A stretch of 64,000 nucleotides of DNA. It comes from Podarcis muralis. Lineage: Eukaryota. The notes beneath the pieces were generated by a model. It ran no database searches. It saw only the letters and a program-made list of their open reading frames with translations, and was not told the origin of the DNA. Shown piece by piece: positions 38,046 through 50,899 of the stretch (positions within the stretch are counted from its first letter, which is position 1; each line of letters begins with the position of its first letter). A program made the translations under genes and the position numbers. The DNA is taken from the NCBI RefSeq assembly GCF_964188315.1, contig NC_135660.1, positions 47,244,001 to 47,308,000 on the forward strand. The letters run 5' to 3'.

Positions 38046-39101
38046 CGAGGCAGAAGGCTGTGTGAAAGTATTGCTATACATCAGGGCTTGTTTACTGTGC
38101 TATATACAAGCTGGTTGGTGATAGCTTCAGGTCTTCTTTGGGACCATTTTTGTCTTTACTTGCCCCCTAGATGGCCACGTCTTGACTGAAAATTCCTTGT
38201 GGGCCAAATGGGGAGGTCTAATGAGAACCAAAGGTTGATCACTGCTATGCACACTTACCTGGAAGTGAGTTCCACTGAACCCAAAAAGGCTTTCTTCTGT
38301 TGACACATATAAGATTGTGCTGCGAGTTTCTTTGGTCCCTTCTATTCTGACCCCTTATGTATTCCTTATGTCTGTAGCAGTGTAACAGATTCATTTCTGT
38401 GGAATTGGGCTGTTGTTGATTATTTCTTTACGATTTCCATATGTCTTTTCTGCTTTCCGTTTAGTTATTTAAAAAAAAATATTCCATATGGCTAAGAAAA
38501 AACATATTTCTAAATACGTTATATATTAAAAATGGAGCTGGGGACCAATTTTTTTAAAGGAAAAAACAGGGAGAGGGGACAAAGATTTCCTATCAAGCTG
38601 GCTCACCTCTGATGCTGGATGTGGACTGGGAGAAAATTGCTCAGAGCAACAGAACACATTGAGGCAAGGCCAAGGACAGGGCCAGGTTTTATTTCCCTCA
38701 CTAGTGCGCATCTTTTCATGTAAAGAATAGACTCCCTACTTCCATATATGGATGGATCAGACACACAGAAAGCTCTCCCTTGACACCCAGTTTTCCTCAG
38801 AACTATGGACTCCACACATGCTTACCGCACAAAATACTACATTTGGAGTGTGTAGCCTCAGCTATTCAGTCTGGGGAAGTCTGAAAATAGGTGGCATTCC
38901 AAGATCATAAGAGAAGGCTTGCTGGAGCAGGCTATAGGCTCATCCTTTGTTCACATTGGCCAACCAGATGCCTATGCAAAGCCTGAAAGCAGGAGCTGCT
39001 CTCCCCATTGGTGATTCCCAGAAATGGGCATTCAGAGGCTGGTTAATTCAAAGCACCTCATCAAGCTCCTCACCTAGACCACATGTTTCTATGTTGGGCA
39101 T

Positions 39102-39243
39102 GAATCATAGAATCGTAGAGTTGGAGGTGTTCACGGGGGTCTTCTATCCCAACCCCTTGCAATATAGGAATCTTTTTGCCCAGCGTGAGGCTCAAACCCA
39201 CAGTCTTGAGATTAAGAGTCTCGTGCTCTACCAACTGAGCTAT
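39102..39243 (-). mobile_element. tRNA(Lys-CTT)-headed SINE with CR1-like tail
   Basis: Minus strand ATAGCTCAGTTGGTAGAGCACGAGACTCTTAATCTCAAG...GATTCC...TCTACGATTCTATGATTC. Confidence 0.85.
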
Positions 39244-39511
39244 GTGGGTGTTTTAATTTGCTCGCATTCCCCAAGCCAGAAGAGGGGGGGGGGGAGTGAA
39301 GTGGGTGTGAGTTGGCAGGAACATGAGCAGGGACAAACAAGGCTCCTATAGCAACATTGTGTTCACTGAGATGAACTTCTAACCTTTTGTGGCTAAAGCA
39401 TAGCTTTAAAAGATGCTGAGAGTTCTCTTTTTATGTTTTTTTGTCGTACATCACCACATAGGGATAATCTAGACATTCCTCCCCCTTTATGGAACGTTTA
39501 TGTTTGCACAG

Positions 39512-39531
39512 CTCTATAAATACAGTGCAAG
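39512..39531 (+). CDS. Candidate 20-nt microexon (SINTVQ, phase 2 to 1)
   Basis: Acceptor gtttatgtttgcacAG with a TGC motif; donor AAG|GTATTT. Confidence 0.2.
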
Positions 39532-40668
39532 GTATTTCTTCTCTCCTGAAAGGAGATTTTGTTCTATTTGGACCCCACAGAGAGCTTTCTACTTGCATGT
39601 GACTATCCATCAAAAATGACATTATCAATTGTATTATGCACAGCTATAGCACAAGAAAAATAATCTGGTTTATTGTTACTGTCATTCTCGCTTGCGTCGT
39701 TCTCAATACACACTCCTGGTTACAATTTTTCTCCCCTGTTAGAATCTGATAGGGCTAAGCAAAAGAGTCAACTGTGAAAACTAGCTATTCCAATAGCCCT
39801 TTGTTGAATATAATACATTTTGACCTACACCTTGGACTTTAAAAAGAATGAATAGGTTTGAAGTGTGCTGGGAAACAAAATGTGAGTGCTTGAAGCTTGT
39901 AAAGTGAAATTCAAAGCCAAGTATTTTTTTCATAAAGTGCCTGTCTTTTGGTAGGAGATTTGTGCCCACCACTGTCCATAAGATATAGCCTATCTAGAAC
40001 AGAATCCTACTGAGGCTTACAAAGTGAGGCAAAAAGAACCCCTGCCCTACTGCCCTACTTTATAGTGGCAGTTCCAGGTCTGCACTCTTCTCTTTCCCTC
40101 TGCTGGGCAAATCTTGCCAAATGAAACATAAGGACAGTGCTCTGCATCGTTCAGTGAAAAATGCCAACTTTTGTATCAAAACTCAAATTCTATAAAAAGT
40201 CAATACAGTACAAGTACAGGCCACACACATGAATACAGTACACACACACACACACACACCCGGTTGGAGTAGTCAGGAAGAGCCTCAAAGATTAGTGCTG
40301 CAACCATGGCTGCATTCAGAAGGCACTTTATTCCATCTTCCTGACCTTTGAGTATCGTATGATCTTTCACACACCATAAAAGCTATTTTTGGAAATCTAG
40401 TAGAATCTAAAGGCAGTATGGTGCTCACTTCCATATGAATTGTTCCGCAGGGGAAGGGGGTGGAAAGGGAATAAATTGGAAACCACGTTAACTCAGAAAG
40501 TTGAAGTAGTTTGGTATTGTAATTTGCCTGAGGTTTTCATAATCACACTGTCACCATTACTATGCAATGGTCTTTGGAGTGGTATCCCAGCATACAGTTC
40601 TGAGGTTCTAAAACCATGGAGGTGGTACCAGGAACTGGCTCTCCCAATATGTACATTATGTTTCAGGG

Positions 40669-40838
40669 AGGGTCACCACTCCCTGGACCCTCTCTCAATG
40701 GCAGCAACTAGCTGAACATATCAGAAGGAAAGGGTTCATAACTTGTTTCATAAAACATAGGCAAGTTATGAACCCTTTCCTTCCAATATGTTGGGCTAGT
40801 TGTTGCCATTGAGAGAGGATCCAGGGAGTGGTGACCCT
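40669..40838. repeat. Long inverted repeat: 77-bp arms, 16-nt loop
   Basis: Left arm 40669-40745 matches the reverse complement of 40762-40838 with 6 mismatches. Confidence 0.93.
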
Positions 40839-41472
40839 TCTTCTCATGAAGTTACAGGTTTCAGTAGACTAACAGCTTTTTGTGTTCATGTTTGTCCATC
40901 CGATGCTTTGAAGATGTGTTTGGAGTCGTGAACACTTCTAGGCTGGTCCTCCCACTTAACTGAGTCACCAGCAGCAGTAGCAGAAGATGTTCACATGCCT
41001 CAGCTGCTTGCAGTGATGCCTACATATTCGTGATCTGTTCTCAGTAAATTAGCTTCACTAGCTTAGCAGCACCCAATCTTCTGTGACTTCTTTGAATCAA
41101 TCAGAATGATATTAATGGCTAATGCTATGTTGATTCTTAGCCAAGTAGCAGTGGACTGCCGCCCATGAAAGAACCCAAGTGCCCATAGCTCTCATGTGCT
41201 ATGCCCGTCTTCCTTAATGTAGTGTCCTGCAGATGTTGTTGGAGTTCCATCAGTCAAAGCCAGCATGACCAAAGTTCAGGAATGGTGGGAGCTCTAGTTC
41301 ACTGTTGGGGGATTTCTTTCAGTTCAAGCACTGCATTCCTTTCTGTGTGACCTTCCAAGGGAGACATGCTTGCGCTAGGTTGAGCTAGAGACAAATACTG
41401 AGCAGAGCAATGAATGCATTTTTTCTTAGTACAGTCAACTAGTTTCTGCACACATGCACACCCTTTTTTCAG

Positions 41473-41475
41473 AAG
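41473..41475 (+). CDS. Candidate 3-nt AAG microexon
   Basis: tttctgcacacatgcacacccttttttcAG|AAG|GTAAGC, with two upstream TGC motifs and a consensus donor. Confidence 0.3.
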
Positions 41476-43994
41476 GTAAGCAGACTTAACTCACCTCCCA
41501 TCATCAGCATCGTCATGGCTTATCAAAAGAGGAGAGGGCAAGGCAGTTGTGAGTTCAGCACAGTGCAAATACAATGTTGGAACCAATCTGGCACTTCCAC
41601 TGGTGCATTTGCACCAACCTCACCTCCTCCTTGCCCCTCCCCTTCCTAATAAGCCACAGGGGTACCAGTTACAGGAGGTCAGGTAAGTGCACGGCTCCAC
41701 CCACCACTACAGTAGACAGTTTTTGCTTTGTCACCACTGTTCTTTAGAAAAATGGGACATAAAAGGGAATCTGTTGCAGAATATTCAAGAATCTATTGAT
41801 TCAATTTAGCTTCTTCCAGAGATAGATCTTTAAGAACACTGGATGAGACTGAGCAGAAATTAGCAGGGCCAGAAGGCTCACTCTTTTATTTCACTGAAGT
41901 AGAAATTATTTTGCAGACACCTAAGTTAGAAGTGTGAGTTCCATTATGAATCACTATCCAAAGAAGAATCATGTTGAAAGCTAAAGTGCAGTTTAATTTA
42001 TGCAAAAGATGGGTTTTACTCTTTGCTAAGAAAAGGGAAGTAATGCTAATCGAGATGTATTTAGAATGGAAGGAAAGCTTTAAAGAAACTTTCTCACACT
42101 GTATGATTAGGTCCTGGGACATGCTCATTTATATCTCAGCTAAGAAATGTAGTCGGCCTTCCTTTCATTCTCTACTTTGACCTGAAAATGATGTTCTTAC
42201 AGGTTCTAATCATGCCAGAAGAGTTCTGAGTCAAGACAAAATGGCAAATGAAAGTTATTTTCTTCTCCAAATTTCTGCTCTTCTATTAGCTTCCCAGAAA
42301 ACACAGCCCTTACAGTTCCTCACAATAGTTCTATTCTATTCACTCACGCTTCAACTGAAATGGTTTACCAAAGTCTGGACTTGATAGTCATCTGCTAAAA
42401 TAAATTGATTGAAATGCCACTAAAATGTTTAGGATTATCAGCAGAAACTAGAGTTGAACCCTGCCCAATTCATTTAGTATATCTGTCTACTGACTAGCCA
42501 AATACAAAAGTTTATTTAGTTTTTCAAATTTCATTTGAAAATTCTATATCATTTTTTTACAAATATAGGCATCATGAAATGAAGCACCAAGGCTCATGAT
42601 AATATACAGCAAATAAAATTATCACCAGTTAAACAACTGTTACTGGATTTAAGCTGAAATGCTGATTCACATTTAGAGTATCTGGATGTTTACTGGGAGA
42701 GCAGGATTAAGGCCACAGACTCTGTTCTTGATCTACAGATGTTGTCTGGAAAAACCCAATGCATATACAGCTGCTACCATAGCCCCACTACACAGACACA
42801 CACTTTTCTCTAACCTTTAATGTGTATGTGACAAGAGCATTTGAATGTCAAATACAGAACCTTGATTTGTCCAGAGCAGCCTTCCCAAACTTGATCCCTG
42901 GTGATATTTTGGACTACAGCTGCCATCTCCCTGACCACAGTGAGACCAGGGCCTCAACAGATGTGCTATCATGCCAGTCAGAACCACCACCAGCCACCTA
43001 CCTGAGCATCCAGGAATCTTTTGAATCCCTTAAATCTCCAGGAGCAAACCATCCTAATGTGCCCATTCAGTAAGGAAGAACTGAATGCCCTTGTGATTTT
43101 TATAATATCTCCCAGCTGGTTTGAGAAATGTTGTACTTTGCTTCTTCACCGTATAGCTTTCACAAACTGTTATAATTTTGCTCCTTTTTTATTTTCTTGA
43201 CCACATGTTTGGCTGATCTTAAGGTTCTGTTGTATGTGTTCAGTGTATGGCTGGTTCTAAATATTTTTAGAAGCTGATTCATATGGGTGAGAGCACATTT
43301 CTGTCACTGTACAAAGATTCTAATAATCCAGATCTCTGTTGGAACATATGGTGACTGATAACAGAAACAGCAACTTCTCATTGAAGCAGATTATAAAAAG
43401 ATAAAGAGGGGGCTCCTGATATCCAAAGTTCTCTTTGGCAATAAATGTGATGCAGCAAGCAATTCAAGACAGCTTGCCAAATAATCAGGTTAGAAAAAGA
43501 AATTAAAATAGCGTAGGAGTTAAAACAAATGTTTTCAGGGAGAGATATATAGGTTTGGATCATTCTGCATCTATAATTAAACCTTGGCTCATTAAAGTTT
43601 CACACATATTTTCTATACCAGGTATCAAAAGAAAAGAAGAATTTGCTCATGGGGAACAAACCAAAAGAAACAAATTCACTTATGTAACGTGTCACAAAGG
43701 GATAATATTGTAGGAACTAAAAGGAATAAGTTTCAGTTAAATGAACACCATACACTTGGTAGGGTTTTGCACAAGAAACTTCAGGCAGAGGACAAAAGGA
43801 ACCGAAATGAAACTTACCAGAAGCACATCTAAACAAGCCCTTACTAAAAGTAAGATAAGCAAGAGAGCTGGGGGAAAGGTTTAACACAGCCAACCAAAGA
43901 GATCAGTGAAAATCCATTTTGAGCCTCAAGTATGGTAATCATAGAATGAAAACAGAACCATCGAACAACAGTCCGTGGCTGGCTACTCTTTTAG

Positions 43995-44043
43995 CTCTAC
44001 GTCAGATCAGTCGGTATGGAGGCTACTACAATGTTCCTACAAA
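43995..44043 (+). CDS. Candidate 49-nt exon (LRQISRYGGYYNVPT, phase 1 to 2)
   Basis: Acceptor ctactcttttAG, donor AA|GTAAGA. All three frames are open, so the frame is assumed. Confidence 0.2.
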
Positions 44044-44569
44044 GTAAGAGGAGGACATAACAATGCTGGGTGCAAGAAGGTGAAAGAAAGTCTTTGCCAA
44101 GGCGACGGGGGGGGGGGGGGAGCAGCAGCATCCACTGACCAGAAACTCTTGGCTGGAATTTGGCCTTACCATGTGACCATTGGGGGGCTTTCACAGACCT
44201 TGCTGTTGTAAATCATTACTCTGTGGTTTCTTGCTTTAACCAGTGCTAAGTGGTAGTGCAAAGACCTAGTTGTAACTCAGAGGCTAAAATCCCACTTGAA
44301 ATCCCTTAATCTTCAGGTTCAGAACAAGCTGTAGGCTTGAATTTTCAATTGGGATTACCAATTATTTTTAACCATAAAGAATATGATTCCCCAGATAGTA
44401 AAGTCACAATTCCTAAACTGCTTTAGTTTAATCTGATCCACAGGATGACAGTGCACATGAACTCTGTATACCCAGAGTTACACTGACCAGAATCTTCTGA
44501 TTTTAAAGAAAGCTTTTCCTGTTGGCTACAAGAAATGCCTATTTTGCTAAAAGTCAGCATGTACCATGG

Positions 44570-44817
44570 CCAACCTAGCAGGTCGAAAGCACGTCAAAGT
44601 GCAAATAGATAAATAGGTACCGCTCTGGTGGGAAGGTAAACGGCGTTTCCATGCGCTGCTCTGGTTCGCCAGAAGTGGCTTAGTCATGCTGGCCACATGA
44701 CCCGGAAGCTGTCTGCGGACAAACGTCGGCTCCCTTGGCCAATAAAGCGAGATGAGCATCGCAACCCCAGAGTCGGCCATGACTGGACCTAATGGTCAGG
44801 GGTCCCTTTACCTTTTT
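44570..44817 (+). mobile_element. 5'-truncated Sauria SINE
   Basis: Typical body and CCTTTACCTT tail. 8-bp TSD TACCATGG at 44562-44569 and 44818-44825. Confidence 0.92.
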
Positions 44818-45829
44818 TACCATGGTGCTTACTCCCCTGTTGATGTGCTTTGCATTGTAGCTCTACTGTATTAATTATACAGCATGCAATATTTAAAATT
44901 ATTTTACAAAATATCAGGAATGTGATATTATTTCGCCTGATAACAAAAGCTTACTACCAATGAAGGTAGGGAAGCACTTGTCTTCCCTTTTACATCTTTG
45001 TAATCTATTAAATATGACATTTGCAGGTTTTTATTCTAGTGAGGTCTGCCAGATATTTTGAACCTTCTTTTCTGTCCAGTAAAATAATGTTCAATGTAAA
45101 AGAATTCGGGATCTTCCAAGAAAATTCATTCTATGAATAGTGTCAGTTTCCATAAACTCAAACATTAGTAATGCAGCCCTTGAACCAAAGTGTTTGCTCT
45201 TAAGGATCAATCACGTTAAATTCTATATGAACCTAGGCACATTTTAATGTAGATTATATTAAACACGAGAAGTCCTATTTCTGAATACATATGCTTGGGA
45301 TGGAGGTATAAAATGTTTGTCCTTTTAATTTCAGATATGATTTATCCAAATTCTGGATAAGGTGTATTCCAGCTCAAAATATGGGATTCCTTTAATATGG
45401 AACCAGGGTCTTCACAACTGCTAATCTAATTTTGGAGGGAATGGGCTTCTCAGCCCCCAGCTCATTTGGGATGGCTCAGAAGTTGCAAAGCTTCTTCATC
45501 AGTGAGGCAAGATAATATCTTTGACCCTTGCATTTTGGGAGCATGTTTAATGCAACTGACCATACAAAACAAATGGAAAGCCTTATTTCTATTGAAAAGC
45601 AATATGGGAGAAGGTAATTGTGAGTGGGAAAGTTCCAGGAAGTGTGCCTTACCATCCCTCCTACTGCTTTTCTACCACAAGTGCTCCACTAGTTGTCCTC
45701 ATCACTACCACATCTGGAACCTCAGACAAAGAGAGGCAATGGCAGGAAGGAAGAGTTTCACCAGAAACTGATTCAACTGTCCCTCCACTCCCTTGTAGAG
45801 ATGGCAGAGAAAATAGATTCATTTCACGT

Positions 45830-47025
45830 TTAAAGGCAAACCTATATAAGTTGCATTTTCTGAAACAATACATCAAACAGAATAGCCACACTTCTCTGAA
45901 TTTTGCAGTGCAGTTCTCTGTTCAAGTAATGCATACAAAAATGAATATACAAAGATGAATGTGCAATAACATACAATAGTATATTGTATTACAGAAAGCT
46001 ATTTCTGTGTGTATTAGGCAAAAATGCATACAAAAATGTGTATGCATTTACATGACTAGGCGGCGACAACCCCAGGCCCCAGGGAACATAAGGAAGGAAT
46101 AAAGACTCTGACAACGTTATATGGAATTAAAATCAGGCCACAACTTTATTAAACTTCTGAATATAGGAAGACCTTGGCTTAGGCCTTGGGCGTGTATCCC
46201 TCCCAGCCCCACAGCCGGGGGGAACTGGGGCTCATCAGGGTAAATGGGATATGGGGGTGCTCTGCAAGACATAAGTGTAGCAGGCAGCCAAGCCCATATC
46301 CCCACACGCAGGGTAGTTCACTGACTACCTTTCAGTGTATGGCCAGTGACACCCATATATATATAACCCCTTTAAGAGGGGGACCCTGGAACCCCCGCCG
46401 CAGGGTGATGAGTCATCACATCTCGCCCCCCCCCCCATAGGGAAGAAAAGACTAAAGGATTCCCCCCAAGGCCATAACCGCCAAAGTTGTGACAAATTGC
46501 TACAGGGAAGACAAAAGCTGCCAATGCAGGGGGAAAATATTCCCAGTCCTTCAACAGCAACCAGTCAAAGACTGTAGCAGCACCCACTAAACAGGAAAAA
46601 AAAGTTAACCTGCAAACAAGAAATATTAAACAAAGGGAGGTTAGGGAGGGTGAATATCCAGAGCCAACAGCCTGGCTACTGTTGACTCCACCCCCTATTT
46701 ATAAATGGGGCTGGCCCCACCTCCCAGCAAGAAACTTGATTACTGAGGCTGGGCGTGAACCTCCAAAAATTAACACTGAGAGGCAATCCAGCCCCTGTTT
46801 GCCAGTGACCTCCCTGGGAACTGAAGCACCACGTGCGATCCCGCAAAGGGCACCCACAATGTAAAGTGTGAGTGCTCGTTTTGGATATATTCACATTAAA
46901 TGCTGATAAATTTTCACAAGGATCTTTTCTTTTAAAAAAGGCAAATTTATGTGGAAATGTGAAGAACTGAAGACTAGAAAAATGAGAGAATCAAAATTGG
47001 CAGATTTAACCATCCTTATTCTCTA
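45830..47025. repeat. AT-rich interspersed repeat split by an 0.8-kb insertion
   Basis: Segments 45830-46052 and 46859-47025 together parallel the uninterrupted copy at 21330-21700. Confidence 0.55.
46053..46858 (-). mobile_element. Unclassified LTR-like or DIRS/Ngaro-like terminal repeat remnant
   Basis: TG...CA ends, a TATA-like ATTTATAAATAG and AATAAAGTTGTGGCC on the minus strand, higher GC than the flanks, and no TSD seen. Confidence 0.4.
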
Positions 47026-47040
47026 GTGGTTAACTACCCT

Positions 47041-47470
47041 TGGTCAAAGGCCTGGAAACGATGCCTTATGAGGAACGGCTAAGGGAATTGGGCATGTTTA
47101 GCCTGGAGAAGAGGAGGTTAAGGGGTGATATGATAGCCATGTTCAAATATATAAAAGGATGTCATATAGAGGAGGGAGAAAGGTTGTTTTCTGCTGCTCC
47201 AGAGAAGCGGACATGGAGCAATGGATCCAAACTACAAGAAAGAAGATTCCACCTAAACATTAGGAAGAACTTCCTGACAGTAAGAGCTGTTCGACAGTGG
47301 AATTTGCTGCCAAGGAGTGTGGTGGAGTCTCCTTCTTTGGAGGTCTTTAAGCAGAGGCTTGACAACCATATGTCAGGAGTGCTCTGATGGTGTTTCCTGT
47401 TTGGCAGGGGGTTGGACTCGATGGCCCTTGTGGTCTATTCCAACTCTATGATTCTATGATTCTATGATTC
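47041..47470 (+). mobile_element. Young CR1 LINE 3' end
   Basis: ORF MVKGLETMPYEERLRELGMFSLEKRRLRGD... with an (ATTCTATG)n tail and a possible TSD ACCCTT. Differs from 29025-29389 at only 3 positions. Confidence 0.95.
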
Positions 47471-48727
47471 GACCCTTTCCCAAAGCTGCCTTGCAGCAAG
47501 TAAGCAGGACACCTAGGTTTTCTGTACAGGCAGATGTGTGTAACATGTGGTTTGGAGGCTGCACAGCTTCCTATAGAGCATCTCAGAATCTTCCCTACTT
47601 GCTCATCATCTGCTTCAGAGTTTTGTGTCTTACAGCCAAAGTGACTCCCTTGAAGCCACATTTAAATACTTTCAGGAGACCAGGTGTCTGAACCAACAGA
47701 TCCTATGGATATGTAGCTTCTGCCAGGGACATGTTCTTTAAATATGCTCAGTTCCAACAAGTTGCATAGCAGGCTGTGGAGTCCACTGAGAAAGTAGACT
47801 GAGAAAGAAATCAGTCAGTAGGGTGGCAAAATCCATATGGAATGAGATACAAAACACTGCACAACTGGCTATATCTGTCTCACCCTCACCATTATGACTT
47901 AGCATTAAAACAGCAAGAGATCAATCCAGGAAGTTCCTGTGTTCTTACACCTTAAATCTCAAATTAAGAAATTACCTGATATCCTATTATTTCCCTAATT
48001 CCTTTCTATAATAATCAGAGCTAATGGTCATGGAGAATAGTTCAGTGCTTGACCAATAATAAAAAAAAATGAAACAGCTTGAGATGCAATCTTTCAGTGT
48101 GATATGAATTAGAACTATAGGAAAATGACCTTCTGCTTTACCCCTTAATTGGGGTGTAGATATCCCAGCCTTGGAGCAAAAAAGAATATATAATATAATG
48201 GAATTTTACAAGCATTTTATAAATTATTATTACATTAATTGGGGCTAAATTGCCTTCTTTTAATGTCATGTAATAGTCAAAAATTATAGGAATTGCCACC
48301 AAGTTCCTTCCTGCTGCGGAGGAAAAAACAATTTCTTCTCATTATAGGAAATGAGAAGCAAAGCTATTATCATTTCCACCCATCTACTGTGATCGCCAGG
48401 AAAAAAGATGGGGGTGGGGACCCAGTCATGGCAAACCCATAACTAGAATTAACTTCAGGATCAAACCAGACGGGTTGAATGGCATTCATCTAAATTACTT
48501 TTTTATGTCTTTTATTAACCAAGGTCAAAGCATATTGGACATATATTACTTAGTTTATGGAAGGTAACAGAAACAGCAGCAGGCAAACAAAACCTCAGTG
48601 CACTTGGGAGAGACAGTGAGGAACATGTCTAGTCGATCCTTGTGTGTTATATTTTGGTTTTGTGAGACTTAGTGTGGTGCTTGCCCTAGAGATCTGTGGG
48701 TTTAACAATGCAGTACCATAACTGTCA

Positions 48728-49101
48728 GGGACCTGGGTGGCGCTGTGGTCTAAACTACTGAGCCTCTTGGGCTTATCGATTGGAAGGTCAGCAGTTCAAA
48801 TCTGCTTGTCTGGGTGAGCTCCCATTGCTCTGTCCCAGCTTCTGCCAACCTAGCAGATCAAAAGCACACCAGTGCAAGTCGATAAACAAGTGACAGGAAG
48901 GTAAACGGTGTTTCTGTGTGTTCCGGCTCCCATCACAGTATTCTGTTGTGCCAGAAGCGGTTTAGTCATGCTGGCCAAATGACCTGGATAGTTGTCTATG
49001 GACAAACGCCGGCTCCCTCAGCCTGAAAGCAAGATGAGCACAGCAACCGCATAGTCGCCTTTGACTGGACTTAACCGTCTAGCAGTCCTTACCTTTACCT
49101 T
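48728..49101 (+). mobile_element. Full-length, more diverged Sauria SINE
   Basis: GGGACCTGGGTGGCGCTGTGG head and (ACCTTT)n tail. 14-bp TSD TACCATAACTGTCA at 48714-48727 and 49102-49115. Confidence 0.93.
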
Positions 49102-49669
49102 TACCATAACTGTCAACTCAGAAGTACACCTTGTTGAATTCAATAGGACTTGCTCCCAGGTAAATGAGTATAGGATTGGAAAAAGCCTCAGATCCTTACT
49201 TGAGAGATATGATGGGGAAATGGTCAGAATGGAGCTTCAAGTATCATATCATCTAGCGTGACTGAAAGCTTAAGTCCAGCACCTGGGACTGGGGCTCCTT
49301 CTTGTTCCATCAGCTTTCCCAGAACAGTTTTACCCAGCGGTAGCCCTAACTAGGCCCCATCCCATAATCACATCCAAAGTATGTCCATATGATACAATTG
49401 ACACCACCACTATCTACTTTTAAGCACCAGGTAAAAACATTTCTTTTGACTGAGACTTTTGGCCCTTCATTTGAAGGGTTTTAGATATGTGTGGTCTCTT
49501 TCAGTGGTGAGATGTGTTAGACCTGCCTTTTATATGTTTCACTGTATTCTTAAGTTTTTAGTCTGTTTTAAATATATATAGGTTTTAATATTTATACTAT
49601 GTTGTAAGTCACTTGGAGTTACTTTTTGGAGAGAAAAAAAGAAAAAGGTGATTAATAAGTACAATTAAT

Positions 49670-49715
49670 AAGTGGCTGGGGAAACCCAGCCAGATGGGCA
49701 GGGTATAAATAATTT
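49670..49715 (+). mobile_element. Extreme 3' tip of an L2 LINE
   Basis: gtggctggggaaacccagccagatgggcagggtataaataattt, the same 3' end as 6057 and 24961. Confidence 0.8.
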
Positions 49716-49720
49716 AGTCT

Positions 49721-49756
<36 letters not shown>
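49721..49756. repeat. (TAG)12 microsatellite
   Basis: Read directly from the sequence. Confidence 0.97.
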
Positions 49757-49757
<1 letters not shown>

Positions 49758-50899
49758 CTTGATGTGAGATGCTCAGTTGGCTACTGAGCTACGTATATTC
49801 ATATCAGTAAAGATCAGGTATTGAGAGACTTTTTCTGAACAAAATAGCTGCACAATGGAGTCACCTGCACCTGGAGAAATTCTTCAGTTGTTCTATTGTG
49901 TTTTTAAAAAGTTCTTCTTTTATTTTATTGGTGAAACAGAAGTTGAATAGAGAAAACATAGGAGGAATTTGTTTTGCTCATGATGTCATACAGGTGTTCC
50001 ATAACACTGAGAGAACAAAACATTGCCATTCCACAGTAAATGTCCAGTGTGGAAGTAGAAAAAAGGGCTGATGCATCCAAAAGCAAGTAGAAATAATGAG
50101 GTCATTTACAGAAAGGAAGGAACTGTGATGGGTTAGAAGAATGGGGCAGTTTCAGGAGCTGCACAAAATGATATCAGTTAGGTGCAGGTAGAGGTGGTAA
50201 AGAGTTCATGTCCCCAGTGCTCAAAGTATTTTCATATTTTACTGTTTGCTTCCTTGGTATAATTTGAAAAGAGGAATCTCTTGAAGGAGGGCTTTAGAGA
50301 TATGAAATGATATGCAAGTGGGGGGAAATAGCCTGTGATCAACACTATCAACATGAAGATGGTTCTCGGTATGTACCTAGAGGTCCATGCCACCTTAAAA
50401 ATATAATAAGGGAAGAAGTCTTCATATTTTGTCCAAGAACAATATGATCACTCCTAGTTTGTGAATTCTTCAGGCCAGCTATAAGGAGTTTCTTTGTGGT
50501 GTGATTAATGCACCATTCATGCAAGAGCACGCATGGAATTGAAAGAATCTTCACAGTGGGGTAGATGCTGTGGAAGAGTTCCAAAGAAGAAGAAGACGCT
50601 ATTGCCAATGAATGCCATTCCACTATCACACACAGCTTTAGTGTTATGCTAGCAAACAACACCATCAGAATTTGAAAAGGTCACTGTGGGTTGTAAACAG
50701 CTAGATTCTCTTCCCACAAGTGCCACAAGCCTTTTGCATTTGGTTGTATTTAACCAATTAGTGCAACAGAAATGCATCCATTTAGATTGCTTTATATCTC
50801 CTATACGAAGTGGTGGAAAGCTGCAAGCAGGTTTGCCAAAGTGGATTTCCTTAAGAAAGAAATAATGAGAGGGAAGTAGTACTTTCTTTTGTCTGTCCT

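Noticed and set aside
39170-39243. tRNA-Lys-like sequence (also 13040-13120 and the SINE heads)
   Set aside because: It is fused to a CR1-type tail and has disrupted stems, so it is a SINE head rather than a functional tRNA gene.
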